Shown one piece after another: positions 28,578 to 40,614 of a stretch of DNA of 64,000 bases. Under the pieces are notes generated by a model that worked only from the letters and a program-made list of their open reading frames with translations, ran no database searches and was not told the origin of the DNA. The first letter of the stretch is position 1; each line of letters begins with the position of its first letter. The position numbers and the translations under genes are program-made. This DNA comes from Oculina patagonica (taxonomy: Eukaryota): assembly GCF_052425735.1 (NCBI RefSeq), contig NC_135758.1, forward strand, positions 19,096,001-19,160,000. The letters run 5' to 3'.

Positions 28578-29874
28578 TCAAGCAACTTCAGCGTCATCTT
28601 CATTAGTTAACAGTCCATACTTCTGTCGCATTGCATCAGTTTTGATTCTCCTTTCAGCCCTTCTCTCAGCATTTCGCCGTTGTGCCTCTTCGCGTCTTTT
28701 CTGCATCTTCCTGTCTTCCCTTTCGTAGCGTACCTGCTTGCGGTTTCGGCAGCAGAGGCAGTATACGCAACAACCAATAATCACAAGGACAACAAAAGCC
28801 ACACTTGGAATTATATAAATTAGGATGTGACCTGATAAAGAAAAAATGGGAAAAAGACATTACAGGGTGTAATAAGTACCCCCCTCCCCTTTCCGGGTGA
28901 ATGCCGGTCACCTCGCCACCAAGCAATCTCGCCACCAACCAACTCGCCACCAAGCAAAGTCACCTCGGCTGATGTTCCGGGTTAATATACATGTACATGC
29001 ACTTTTAGGGGTGTCGAATGGTAAATGCGAGACTTTGCGAGACGACGAGAGTGATATCTTTTCTGCGAGCCCGAGACCTTTTTAGCCTTGCAAAAGAAAT
29101 CGAGACTCCAAGAAGGTGTCAAAGAAAAATTCGAGATGACGAGACCCCTAAAATTTGGCTAACATTTTGCGAGACACGCATTTTTTGAAGGACAATTCAC
29201 CACCCCTACTTTTCTACAGAACAAGCTGGTGCTTGTTTTTGCTAGTGAAAACCAGCCTCTTCATGTATGGTCTGTATGAGTAAACCTTTTGCAATGTCAG
29301 TAGTGCTGGTTCATCATTTAGATACACTTTATTTAAGTAGTTATATTTCCCAAAATGACCGCATGGACGGTAAATAATCTACATATAAATTAACAGGTTA
29401 TCGATTTTAAGTCACTATAAAGACAACAAAAGTGGTTCACAAATGCCAAGCCAGATTTTACCTCGTACTATCAACGAAATATATAAGCTTAATATTTACA
29501 TGAACACGTTTAATACCTGCAGCAACACACTGCTTCCAAAACCACTTATTTTCTTTGCAATTCCGAGGAATAATCTTGCTTGCAAGGTATTTTCTACACG
29601 AATCGTCAGCTCCACACCAGAAGCATTTGATATCTTTCACACATTCGCCGCAAGAAGCGTTTCTTTGTGTACAGGTTACAGCTGTTGTAGTCGGTGTGAC
29701 AGTTGTTGGTATTCCACTACTTTTTGTGGTGACTGGAGCAGTAGTTGTATTTGGCGATGAGCTTTTTAAACTCGTCGAAGAAAGTGGAATCTTTGTTGTT
29801 GTGGTGGTGTCTTTCGCAAACACGCTACGCCATAAACAGATACAAAAGAAAACAGAAAGCCCAATGTTTCTCAT
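28578..29874 (-). CDS. PTTG1IP: PTTG1-interacting protein-like (PSI domain, type I membrane), complement(join(28578..28831,29517..29874)), ~203 aa
   Basis: Signal peptide, mucin-like Thr-rich stalk, PSI domain CTQRNASCGECVKDIKCFWC..C..C....FWKQC, TM segment, Cys cluster, and tail ERRIKTDAMRQKYGL. Confidence 0.85.
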
Positions 29875-30221
29875 GCTTATTGGCTTACAGTTTTAGCTTG
29901 CAAGGAACGGGAAAAGGAAATATAAGCGTATACAGCGACTTCCCTTCCAACTGTTGGGAAATTTTGAACTCGGAAAGTGAAACCTTCAAAACTTGATTGC
30001 GAAAAAAGTTGCGAAATGAATTATTTATGCGCGAGGCCTGGAACCACAAAGTGTCTTCTTGCGTGATCTCGCGTGAAATGCCGCGTGCAATCACGTGAAG
30101 TGAATTCTGGTCAGCGGTCGAAAGTTACAAAGAAAATGGCGGAAAAATTATTTTGAGGCGTTGATTCTTTGTTCTTCTTGTAAAATCTTCGTTTGTGTTG
30201 AGAAAAATACCCCGTTATACC
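29875..30221. promoter_or_regulatory. Probable bidirectional promoter of PTTG1IP/ARMC6
   Basis: Start codons are head-to-head 347 bp apart. The interval contains TCTCGCG, CACGTG and AAAATGGCGG (YY1-like) motifs. Confidence 0.55.
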
Positions 30222-33200
30222 ATGGCACAACCCAAACAGATTACGCAAGAAACATTCGATGCGGTTGTCCGCGAAAATATGGAAGAATTTGAAATGGATT
30301 TGCACGAGGCAGTTCAAGACGCTATAGATCAGTTCAAGACTCAAGGCGTTGACTTGTCGAACTTGATCACATCATATGTTAAAGATCCAGACACAGGTGA
30401 ACTAAAACACAGCAATCCCGTCAAAGGTGAGGCTTTTTAAAAAGATACTTTGTTATACTTTTGGTTGTCTAGTAGCAACTCCAATTTTTATGAAGTACCG
30501 GCTAAAGAAAACTTGAAGCCAAAATACTGCATGTGTTTACACTTTATGCGGGATCGACCGCTATGACAACCGAAAATCCATTTTTAGAGGAGTTTAGTGC
30601 GAGAGAGCGTCTCCCAGTTTTAAACATCCTCAGGGGCCCAGGGGGTATGGGTTAGTGCTATCTGTCACAAAATATTTAAAGATCTTTAACACTGCTGGTC
30701 CCTTTTCTAAGCGCCATGGAAACAGGTGGATAATATTTTATCCCTGGTGCTATGTTCACATAGGACTTGTTTGGAATCTTTACAGTGTGAGAGTGGACCA
30801 GACCAGCTCTGTTTCCTTGGCAGTGTACAGCTTCCTTCCAAATTTGTGGAGGGGGACAGGGGGCGGGTGCCTGAGAGAAAAGGGTCGGGAAGTGGTATTC
30901 CTTAGGTGGCGGGAACCAGAAGAAAACGAGTAAAACCTCGGAACATTTTGTTATATTGCACAATGAATATGGAATAAAGAGGAGAGAACCGCTACGGAAA
31001 GGAATGGGAGGCGGGAGTAAAAGGTATGGGAGCCGGGAGGTTCAGGTCCCCCTGTCCCCCTCCACAAATTTCTCTTGAGGAGAGTGGTTGGCTGTACACA
31101 GGCTACCTGGCACAGTTTCTTTTATGAGAGTCTGTTTACTCCAGCCCTGCTCAGATGTGGTCTGCTACCAATTCAATGTGATTAAATCAACTGTTTCTAC
31201 CAGGTGATCACTCCAGGTAAAGAATACAGCATCATTGACTGGACTTATTTAGAAAGGCCTGTGTGAACACAATGCAGCCGGTCCCAAAACGGACTGAGGT
31301 CTTCATATGGGAGCAGTCTAGACTACAACTGGAATGCTGCAGTTTGAGAACTGGTCCTGATTTTTTTGCAAGGCTAAGAATTGTCCAGATAGGTGTACAA
31401 AAATAGCAGGGAACAAAAGAGTTATCAAGTCTGATTATTGGACCAGATCCATTTGGAACCACTCTTGTGATAACACAGCCTAAACGTCTGGGATGAAATT
31501 CAGTCTTTTATAAAAAACCCCAAGACAACTTTGTGATGGGCCTTGAGGCAGCTTAATTTTGACTTGGGGGGTTTATACAAGTCATGCTACTCTTCTCAAG
31601 AAGTTTTTACAGTTGAGAGATAAGAAAAAAGAAGAAGCAAGAAGGGAGGGGGGGAGGTGGGAGGATAGAGGGGGAATGGGTTGCCTAGGGGTTTATGATT
31701 ATAAGCAAATGAGCGTTCAATCCGTAAGCAGTTGTTATTATTTTGGTTATTATATATTGTCCATGTTGTGAGAATCAGTAAGTTGAAATTAGTTAATATA
31801 TATATATTTTTTGGTTCTAAATATAGATGCCTTGGACAAGATAAGGGCATCGTTACAAGATGATGAAACGCAATCTCTACTGGAAGGATTGAGGGTTTTC
31901 TCTCTGAAGTGTGACAAAAGTGAAAGTAATAGAAAATTTGCAGCAAGCAAAGATGCCTTAATCTTGCTTTTCTCCAGCTGCAACCATTGTTACTTACTGA
32001 AAGACAAAAACAATCTTGCTGCCAGTCTTGATGCCCTGAGTTCATTTTTACATGGCCAAGGAGATCTGGCTGATGCTAAAATGATTGAATTTCTGTCAAA
32101 TTGCTTGAAAGAACTGAAAGAGGAGATTTTAGTTGAGAAAATTGTCAAAGCCATAAGAGTTGCTTGCATCAAGAGCGAGTCAAATCGACAAACTTTTGTT
32201 GCCAATGACGTTTTACCTTGCTTAGTTGCTACTTTAAAGGAATTCAGACAATCAGCAGGGATTGTTAAAGAAACATGCACAGCTCTACGTGTTTTTACAT
32301 TTGATGACGACATGAGCGTAGCCTTTGGAAAAGCCCATGAACACGCCAAGTTGATTGTTGCAGAGAATGCATTTGCTGTGATTTTGGAAATCATGGAAAC
32401 CTGCAAAGATGTTGAAATGGCCAGTGAGCTGTGTGTAACCCTAAGTCGTTTAGCAGTAAGAAATGAATATTGCAAGGATATAGTTGATCTTGGTGGGTTG
32501 AAAATGGTGCTGAATTTACTAAAAGACCACACTAGCAACCAGGTAAGTCTGCAATTTATTAGTCCCAGGGCTTGAGACTTATGGTGGCCACAGACCAGTA
32601 ACAATTTTGTTTTACATGTAGCTTGTAGGTTTCAGATTTTACTAGCTGTTTTGGCTAGTAAAAATTTCAGGTACAAAATTCTCTACATGTAAATGGAGAA
32701 GGAAACACTAAAACAGAAATCTAGAATGAGAAGTGAAAACTACATGTAGCATGTACATTGTACAACTATGTACACTGTTGACATTATATCATAGAATCTA
32801 AAACCTTAAAATTTAAGCAACATGCTGAAATAATCAAACACAAATGGATGATGATCAGGCCTTTTCCATAATGAAAGCAATGAATGACAGAAACTGCTGT
32901 CTGCCAATTGATAGTTACATACAAGTTAAACAGTTTTGGCTAGTAAAAACCTGTTTTGGCTTGTAAAATTTAAGCTGTCACTAGCCACTGGGCTAGTCAT
33001 CTAAAAAGTCAGTCTTCAGCCCTGCACTTATCTCAGTCTCTAAAGTTATGGAAGCTCCTTGATCAGGTGCTCCATGTAGCCCCTTGTAAGTTATGCCCAA
33101 TATCTTATAAGGTTGCCATTACAGTTCACCAGTACAAATTATTTTAACAACCCTCAAGGTCTTACCCAAGAATACAAAACAATGACCCCAACCAGTGCAC

Positions 33201-34436
33201 AAACCTGGAGTCCTGCACACTTATCATTAGGTCAAGAACAGGCCATTAGGTCAAGAACATTTTTCTGGGTATCCCAAACACCTCTTTTTGCTATCCACTT
33301 GCTGAATAGCTACGGTGTGTCACAGAAAATCACTAAGGGCCGGCTGCCAGCTAATTTAGGTGGCTGAAATAGAACTTAAATCCTGCTGAAATTTCACATG
33401 AAAACAAAGACTTAGGTAAATTTTAGAGCCCAGAAAAGTCAACTAGGCTTGTTACTGAGCCTGTTTGAAATTTTGACACAATTAACTCCTCAGTGATCCA
33501 AAAAATTGTTTTACTTAACAGATAATTATTACACAGCCTGACTATAATATGAAAAATTCTTTATTTCTCAAAATTCAGAACATTGCTAAGCAGGTGTGCA
33601 CTCTTCTAAGAGCTATAGCAGGAAATGATGATGTCAAGACTTCCATTGTTGATGCTGGAGGCCTGGGGCTTATTGTTGTTGCCATGACTACCCATGCCAA
33701 ACAGCCAATGGTAGCAGAGCAAGGCTGTGCAGCCCTCGGATCCATTGCATTAAGGAGCCCTGCAAACTGCACTGCTATTGTTGGTGCCGGAGGAGTAGAG
33801 GCCATCTTGAAGGCAATGCAAATTCATGCTGAGTCAGCTGGAGTTCAGGTACATTGAGAAAATATTAAAAGTGCATATATAAAATAAAGCATTTTTTTCT
33901 TTTTACTACAGATGTAGTATTTTCTGTTCCAATCGCCATTAGTCTGTTTAAATAATAGATAAAATCATATCTTTCTGTTTCTGCAATTTATAAATTTTTT
34001 AAACTTATTTACTGCATTTTATTTTTGTTGCTTTACTATTTGACAGTATTTTAGTTCGTATTGTAGGTCACGTGTGTTTAAAGCTAAGTTTTTTTGAATG
34101 CTTAAATGAAAGGTTTATAAAAAATAAATTCACACCTACATGTTTTCTTGCACTTCATTCTGGACTGGTTATGATTTAGGCAAGTTAAACTGTACTGCAT
34201 TATTTACTCAATCTTTCTAGAAACAAGCCTGTCTGGCCCTGCGTAATCTAGTTGCCCGTAACCCAGAACACTGTGAAATCATACTGGAAGCAGGAGCTGA
34301 GAGCCTGATCAGGAAAGCACATGGAAAGATGGATGATTGTGAAGATTTAGCCAAGGCAGCCCTGAGAGATCTTGGTTGTGATGTAGAACTTAAGGAACTC
34401 TGGACTGGTACTGGCCAAGGAAGAGTCCAGCGCTAA
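30222..34436 (+). CDS. ARMC6: Armadillo repeat-containing protein 6, join(30222..30426,31827..32542,33579..33848,34221..34436), ~468 aa
   Basis: N-terminus [67 protein letters not shown]-terminus [20 protein letters not shown]. Junctions are in frame. Confidence 0.93.
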
Positions 34437-35016
34437 AAGACCCTAAAACTATCAAGTTGTACTTTAACTTCTTTATCAGGTTAACAATTGGGCACAATCT
34501 AAGGAGTGTTTTATTGCCTGCTTGGAATGTTTCTATGTAGGCCAAGTGATTTTTCACCTACAAATATACAGTAAGTTTTAGGACCTCCTGAGAACTGTTG
34601 CACATTTGTAGAACAAAAGTACTGTTGCTATATTCTGTGTATCTAATATCACTGTGAGAATGCTTGCTACAACATCGTCTAACATATTTACTAAAGAAAA
34701 ACGTGTACAGTACACTTGCTTTGAAACTATAAATATTGAAACGTGTCCCAAAAATGAACCCAGAATAATTTTTGACAAAGTGAACCACTGTAATTAAGAT
34801 TATTAGATTTGGCAGCATTTGCATGAACCTGGAAATCTTTAGAAATGTCCTGAAACTCCAATACCGTATTGTTTACTGAATTGACCAAGCAGGAAACAGT
34901 GTAGGCTGCAAAACAGTCGTACTTCAAACGAGCGCGGTCTTCAAACGAGACCACTTTTGCGAAAAAACGTTCTGTTTTGCAGTCTAGGTACAGTGAAGTC
35001 CTAATGTGTTCATACT

Positions 35017-35261
35017 TACACCCGCTTTCAGTGTTACGCGCATAGCGGCTTTCTACTGACATCGATCTTTCGACAAGCTAAACAAACAAGACGGATCAAA
35101 ATCCGCCAATCACAGCCCACAAGCATGACTTTTTGAACTTGTGGGCTCATTTGCGTGAAATCAACATCAGTATGCATCGGTTTTGATTGGCTCATTTCAA
35201 ACAGCACTAAAAAGACGATGTCTGAAAGATAGCTATGCATGTAACACTGAAAGCGGGTGTA
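35017..35261. mobile_element. MITE
   Basis: TIR TTACACCCGCTTTCAGTGTTAC / GTAACACTGAAAGCGGGTGTAA. Confidence 0.7.
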
Positions 35262-36129
35262 ATTAGGTGCTTGGGTTTGGTTTTGGTTTGCAAAGTCCAG
35301 TAAATAAACTGTCCCACGTTTTGTCAGTTTAGACAGTTTTTCACTGAAAGTTAATCTTTTTAACTTGTGTATATATAATTTTATCAGTAAGTGTGTTTCG
35401 TTTTTTACTTATTTATCACACTGACTGGTATAAGTGTGACTGAGTTTTGAGTGAATTGTAAGAACTTGCATTAAAATGTATACAACAATGCATTTGTTCG
35501 TTTGAACTCTACCGAAGATTAAACGCGAGTAACTTCAGATTGTCCTCGCTTCTGCCTTTTTACATCATCGGGTCCGATGGGCGATGGTTTGAGTAAGCGA
35601 AATAGTGCGGAAAACCAATCAAAACTCGAAGCAACAACGTGTAACGCGGGAAAACTTGCGTAAGCCGAATAGTACAGTTAACCAATCAGAACTCCAAGAA
35701 AAAGCGGGAAAGCTAAAGCTCGGCAAGCGATTGTGTCTTGCATTTTATAGGTGCAGACGATTGCATCTTTGATCGATCGCTTTAGAAGGAGTTTTAGGAC
35801 AAACAGCGCAACAATGAAACTCGGGTTTCACGAGCTTGGTCGGTGCCGAAAATTTGGTTCGTAATATCCGATGTTCGTTTTGGACTTTACAGACTTTAGT
35901 TTATTTATTTTGTGGGTAAATGGCCAATGTTCGTTATCTGCGGAGGCTCCGACTCATATCTACCATGCAAGTTCGTACTGTATTGAAGCTTGATAAGGGC
36001 AAACCCAATGTGCATGGGAAAACACTCAACAAACAATCACAAATTACAAGAAGTGTCTCAGAGAGGCTTTTTAATTGTTTGTATATGACTAGTTTTATAA
36101 TCCTTTCTATAGTAGCGAAACTTAAGCTT

Positions 36130-39100
36130 TCAAAATTCAAAATGTTCTTTATTTAATACCCCATGTGGGTCATATTCCTTTTTTAGGGTTTTCAGCCTTT
36201 GTAAATTGCTCCTTCCGAAGTAATTTTCCAAGCGTTGTTGACTGGTTGCTTCTACGCAGTCAGCGTAATTCTGATATGAGCCGAGCGAGTGAGCCAGCAA
36301 TGACTGACCAGCTGCTTCTGCCCACTGTCTGCATGCATGCGCAGTGCCATTAGCCTCGTCTTGAGGTTTCCACACGGCTTGCACACTGTACAGAAAAAGA
36401 GCATCTCTGTGTACGTAGGCGCAGGAATCACGTGACTTTCGGTTGATTTCTCCTCCCAGGAGCTCCAGACCTATAGTGTGAGGACCAGAACCAACTGGGG
36501 CCGATTCTAGCTGGGTTATTATGATTTGAATGACCTGAAATAGCCAAGAGAAACATGAAACGTTAACCTTCTCTGAATTAGATTTTCTGTCAGGTTTTGA
36601 GTGAATAAACAAAACGAAAACAAGGATCAAACTTGTTCTGCAACCAAAACCGTTTTGATTTCCCATTACAGTTACGTGAAAGGAAGGCTAGGCATGGCCG
36701 TAACCAGACCTTTACCATAGACGAGGCAAGACCTTGCTAGGAGGTTCTGGGGGCATGCCCTCCAAAAAGCTTTTGAAGTCTAGAAGCTCTGTAACTCTTT
36801 CGAGACATTTTTCATGAGGCATTTCATCTTGTTCACCTGGAGATTATTTTCCCAACAAAACATATTTTGTTTTTAATTTTGGGTAAAAATCTAGACGAGG
36901 CAAGAGCCTCATCTTGCCTTTTGCTAGTTATGGCCCTAGGCTAAGGATACGTCAATCATACTAAGTCAATATGTGGCCTCATCGGTCAATGAGACCGTCA
37001 GCTTAAAGGAACTGTGTCACGCATTACCGTACCTTCAAGTCCCCCATTCCTTCACTACAACTTGTCCTATAAAATTGTGAATTTCTAACATACTGTGCTC
37101 AGAGCGCTTAGAACAAGAAGGGAGAAAGTTTTACCTCGGGAGTTAATTCTCTAAGAAAAGCGGACTTCCACATCTTGCCCATTTTCTCAGGTTCCGCTCC
37201 AAATCTCTGTTGATATTCCAGGTAAGAAGTGGTCTGTTCTTGCCACGTGCCGTCGATAGCAGAGGAGCTCTCCCCTGGGGAACCGAACTTCTCCGTAAGA
37301 CTACGGAGAAAGGGAAGGAGTTTTCTCTCCGCGTCACACGGGGGTCCATCGTAGAAGTAGTCGACTGCAACCCCAGGGATTTGTGTAATAAGGTAAATAT
37401 TAAAGGTTACTTCATCTTCTGCTTCTCTGCAGAACTCGTTCATAACGTGCAAGAATTCTCCAAGCTTCGTTGCTGTCATCGGAAGATAGCAAAACCGGCC
37501 TGTTAAATGTAACACAAAATAACATTTTAACTTCCGATTAATTGTTAGTGTACTTTATGCATCAAGCTACTAGTTCGTTGTAATCACTTGCTCCAAGCTA
37601 GCGTGTGTTGCGCAATTTTGAAAGGCTAAGGATGTGTTACATATGTACTAAACCGATGTTTGGCCTCGTTTCAAGTAAACCAAAAGCTATCTATAAGGTA
37701 AAGTCTACAATTTGTTCACCAGAACTTGTCCTAAAGAAGTTGAGAAAACGCCCCTTTAGTCAACGTTTTCACTCTAATGGAGGAAGAGAGAAGACTCTGC
37801 GAACGACATAAGTATAAAATACTTTAACCAAGCAGACTCATTTTCAGTTGCGACTTATTTTTCCGGCATAAACAATACACAAGTTTATTATTTTTTTTTT
37901 GGTAAAAAATATATATAACAAAATTTAAACTTGTCCCGCTCTGCTTTGCCTCAATTTTAACTACACCGAAAGGCCTGGTTCAGCACAACATAATTTACAT
38001 AGCTGGTACATAGGCATAACGACATAAGGAAAAAAACGAATCCTTCCTTTACGTTTTTATATCTATGTTGTTAGTCTATTGATATGTCGCTATAGTGTGA
38101 ACCAGGCTTAAGACACCTCGTAATCAAAGTGAAAGTTAGACCTTGATAAACAACAGTAATGTACCTCCGACATATTTCTCTTGTAACTTGTGCAATTTGA
38201 CCTGTGCCTTGGTAACCACGCCATATCCCACCTGCCCAGCTCCCCTCAGTGCCCAATATAGCTGCTCGTGCTCTTGCGGTGATGCTACAATCCGCTGGCC
38301 AGTCGCTGTGACAATTTCCATTTGAAGACAGTTGTCGACTGCCAGCCCTTGTGTCCTGCTAAGAAACCCGAACCCTCCACCCAGCGTGAAACCGATAACA
38401 CCCACATCACTACAGGAACCATTCACCGCAGCGAGACCCAAGGGGCACGTGACGTCATCAAGATCCTTCACGGTCACTCCTGCCTCGATCCAGGCTGACG
38501 CTAATTCGACGTCTATGTCTATGCCTTTCATTGCCGACATATCAAGAACAAGACCTTCGCGAATAATAGCCAGCCCTGAATATTAAAAGAGTCTATAAGT
38601 TATTAATTCATTTATAAATTTAAGTATTTATCATTGACAACTGAACTCTCGAGCGGTCCAGGTTTCAGCCCTAGCCGGGGTCATTGTTTTGTATTTTTGG
38701 GAAAGACTCTTAGTCTTTACTCTCATTGTGCCTCTCTCCACCCAGGTGTGTAAAAAAATGGGTACCGGCGAATTTAATAACCCTGCGATGGACTAGAATC
38801 CCATCCAGGGGAGAGGGGAGTAGAATAGTCCTAAAATAGTCGTTTCCTGCTACTGAAACTGGGATAGGCTCCGGCCTGATGAGCCACTAGGATCGAATGC
38901 AGACTTAACCTTACCTTATCATTCATAACAACGTCTTTTATCAACGACACCGCAAACCCCACTAAGTAAGTTCCCATTGCCATGTTTTCTGACCAACTTG
39001 TGTCATGGGCATTGCACACTGCCTAATGCACAACTATTGGTTTAACTTGTTGGCGTTCAGGACACGGGGAAAGCCTGACTTATGACAAATGGTGCACGAA

Positions 39101-39466
39101 ACCAATCCAAATCCGTACTAACTAAAAACGCCGCGGGCGGCCGGGAAAGCGCGGAAAAAGTCGCGTTACTTACTTGGCGGGAAAACGGAAAAGTCACTGC
39201 GCATGCTGCTTACCTTTAGGGTCGTGCCCTCCACCAAGTACTGATACTCGGAGCTGATTGGCTGAGGCGTACTGCAGCACGTGACATACTTCGTCCGCAG
39301 TCTTGGGTTTGATGACTGCTTTAGGTTTGTTGGAAGGACTTCCATTGAACAATCTTTTCACAGATTTTTTATACTCTTTCTGTCCCTCTACAAAAGCAAG
39401 CAGGTTCGATTTTTCGCACAGGGTCTTGATGACTGGGTCACGTGTGCTTTCTTCAGGACTGCTCAT
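36130..39466 (-). CDS. FAD-linked oxidase, VAO/berberine-bridge-enzyme-like (FAD_binding_4 + BBE), complement(join(36130..36534,37135..37499,38165..38575,39214..39466)), ~477 aa
   Basis: PKAVIKPKTADEV, VLGGGHD (candidate covalent-FAD His), GLVLDMSAM, VGVIGFTLGGGFG, LYWALRGAG..YGVVT, BBE tail YQNY...YFG.NLQRLKTLKKEYDPHGVL. All junctions are GT-AG and in frame. Confidence 0.88.
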
Positions 39467-40614
39467 GATTCAGTTGAAAAGAATGTTCTGCAAAGGAAAA
39501 CACCAATGAACTTATCTTTAAAAAGTCTAGCTTATCTTTAATACATTATAAAATCATGTTATAACGATTTAACAGTGCCTAATGTTTTGATTTCTTGGTT
39601 TAATAACTTAAATATGAAAAGCAAACAGCCTTGCTACAGTAAAAGTTTTAAAAATGGAGTGTTTTGGCAAAATTTTTTAGGTTTTATTATGATTATTTTA
39701 CGACTGCCGTCGATATGGACGTGGTCCGTGACGTAGAAATAATATTTTACATTTTTCATTATGAAACATTTGTATCTGGTATCCCAGGAGTATGAAAAAG
39801 AAGTCAGATAGCGAATACTTCCATCTCCGGCGGTGGTTCCCAGAACAGCATTGTACGCTGTGTTCCAGTTGATGACGTGTTTCATTGCCTGCCCAACCAG
39901 AGCATAGGGTAGTTGTAAGCTCAGCCAATCAGTAGCTATTATTTAGTTGCAGAACCTAACCGCCAACCATTCAACTTTTTCCCCCGCTTTTCGATGTAAC
40001 TTTTATTTACCACGAATATTTAAGATAAAAGGACACTTTTATCCCAGTCTTTGTTTAAGTGAGGCATAACTGAAAACAGTTAAAACTGGGACGAAAAAAA
40101 TTAATGGGAAACAAAATAACGCTCCGACAGCAGGCTTGAGTAAATGCCTTTAAACTGTAATTTTCATGTGGAAGAAAATTTGCGACGACAGCCGTTAACA
40201 GCGGGGGTCGGCAGGGGGTTCAAAACCTGTTTCAAAGAAAGCACAATATTCACATGACTAGACGATCGATCCTTCAATTTGATATGTCGTGTTGTAAATA
40301 ATTAAAAGCAGGACCGCATCTGTATTGGCAAAGAGTCTTTGAATTTTTTTATGACCCTCCATCAATATTAATTCTCCCAGAAATTTTAGTGCACACGGGA
40401 GTTTCAGAACTTTCAGTGTTCTAAAGAGTAAAATTTTTAATAGAACAAGAATCTGGGTGTTTGATTGAATTATTTATTATTCTAAGAAAAAAAGGAAATT
40501 TCCCTTTTTATTACAGACATGCAAATTGTGTTTTGACATTGTTCTTCCGAAAATGAATCTCCAATGAGGTTTTGTCCAGTCACCATGATGCTGGCTGACA
40601 TGTCGCTTGTGACG

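Noticed and set aside
38136-38164. FAD oxidase exon 2 extending to the donor at 38141 (TLLLFIK)
   Set aside because: That phase-0 junction gives a stop in the next exon. The donor after 38165 keeps the frame (YVGG-RFCYLP).
39634-39928. Possible additional precursor (CTCAGCCAAT match; ORF containing SFSYSWDT)
   Set aside because: No PAAFxL leader, no matching splice acceptor and no terminal DxD. More likely the CCAAT-containing upstream region of the FAD oxidase.
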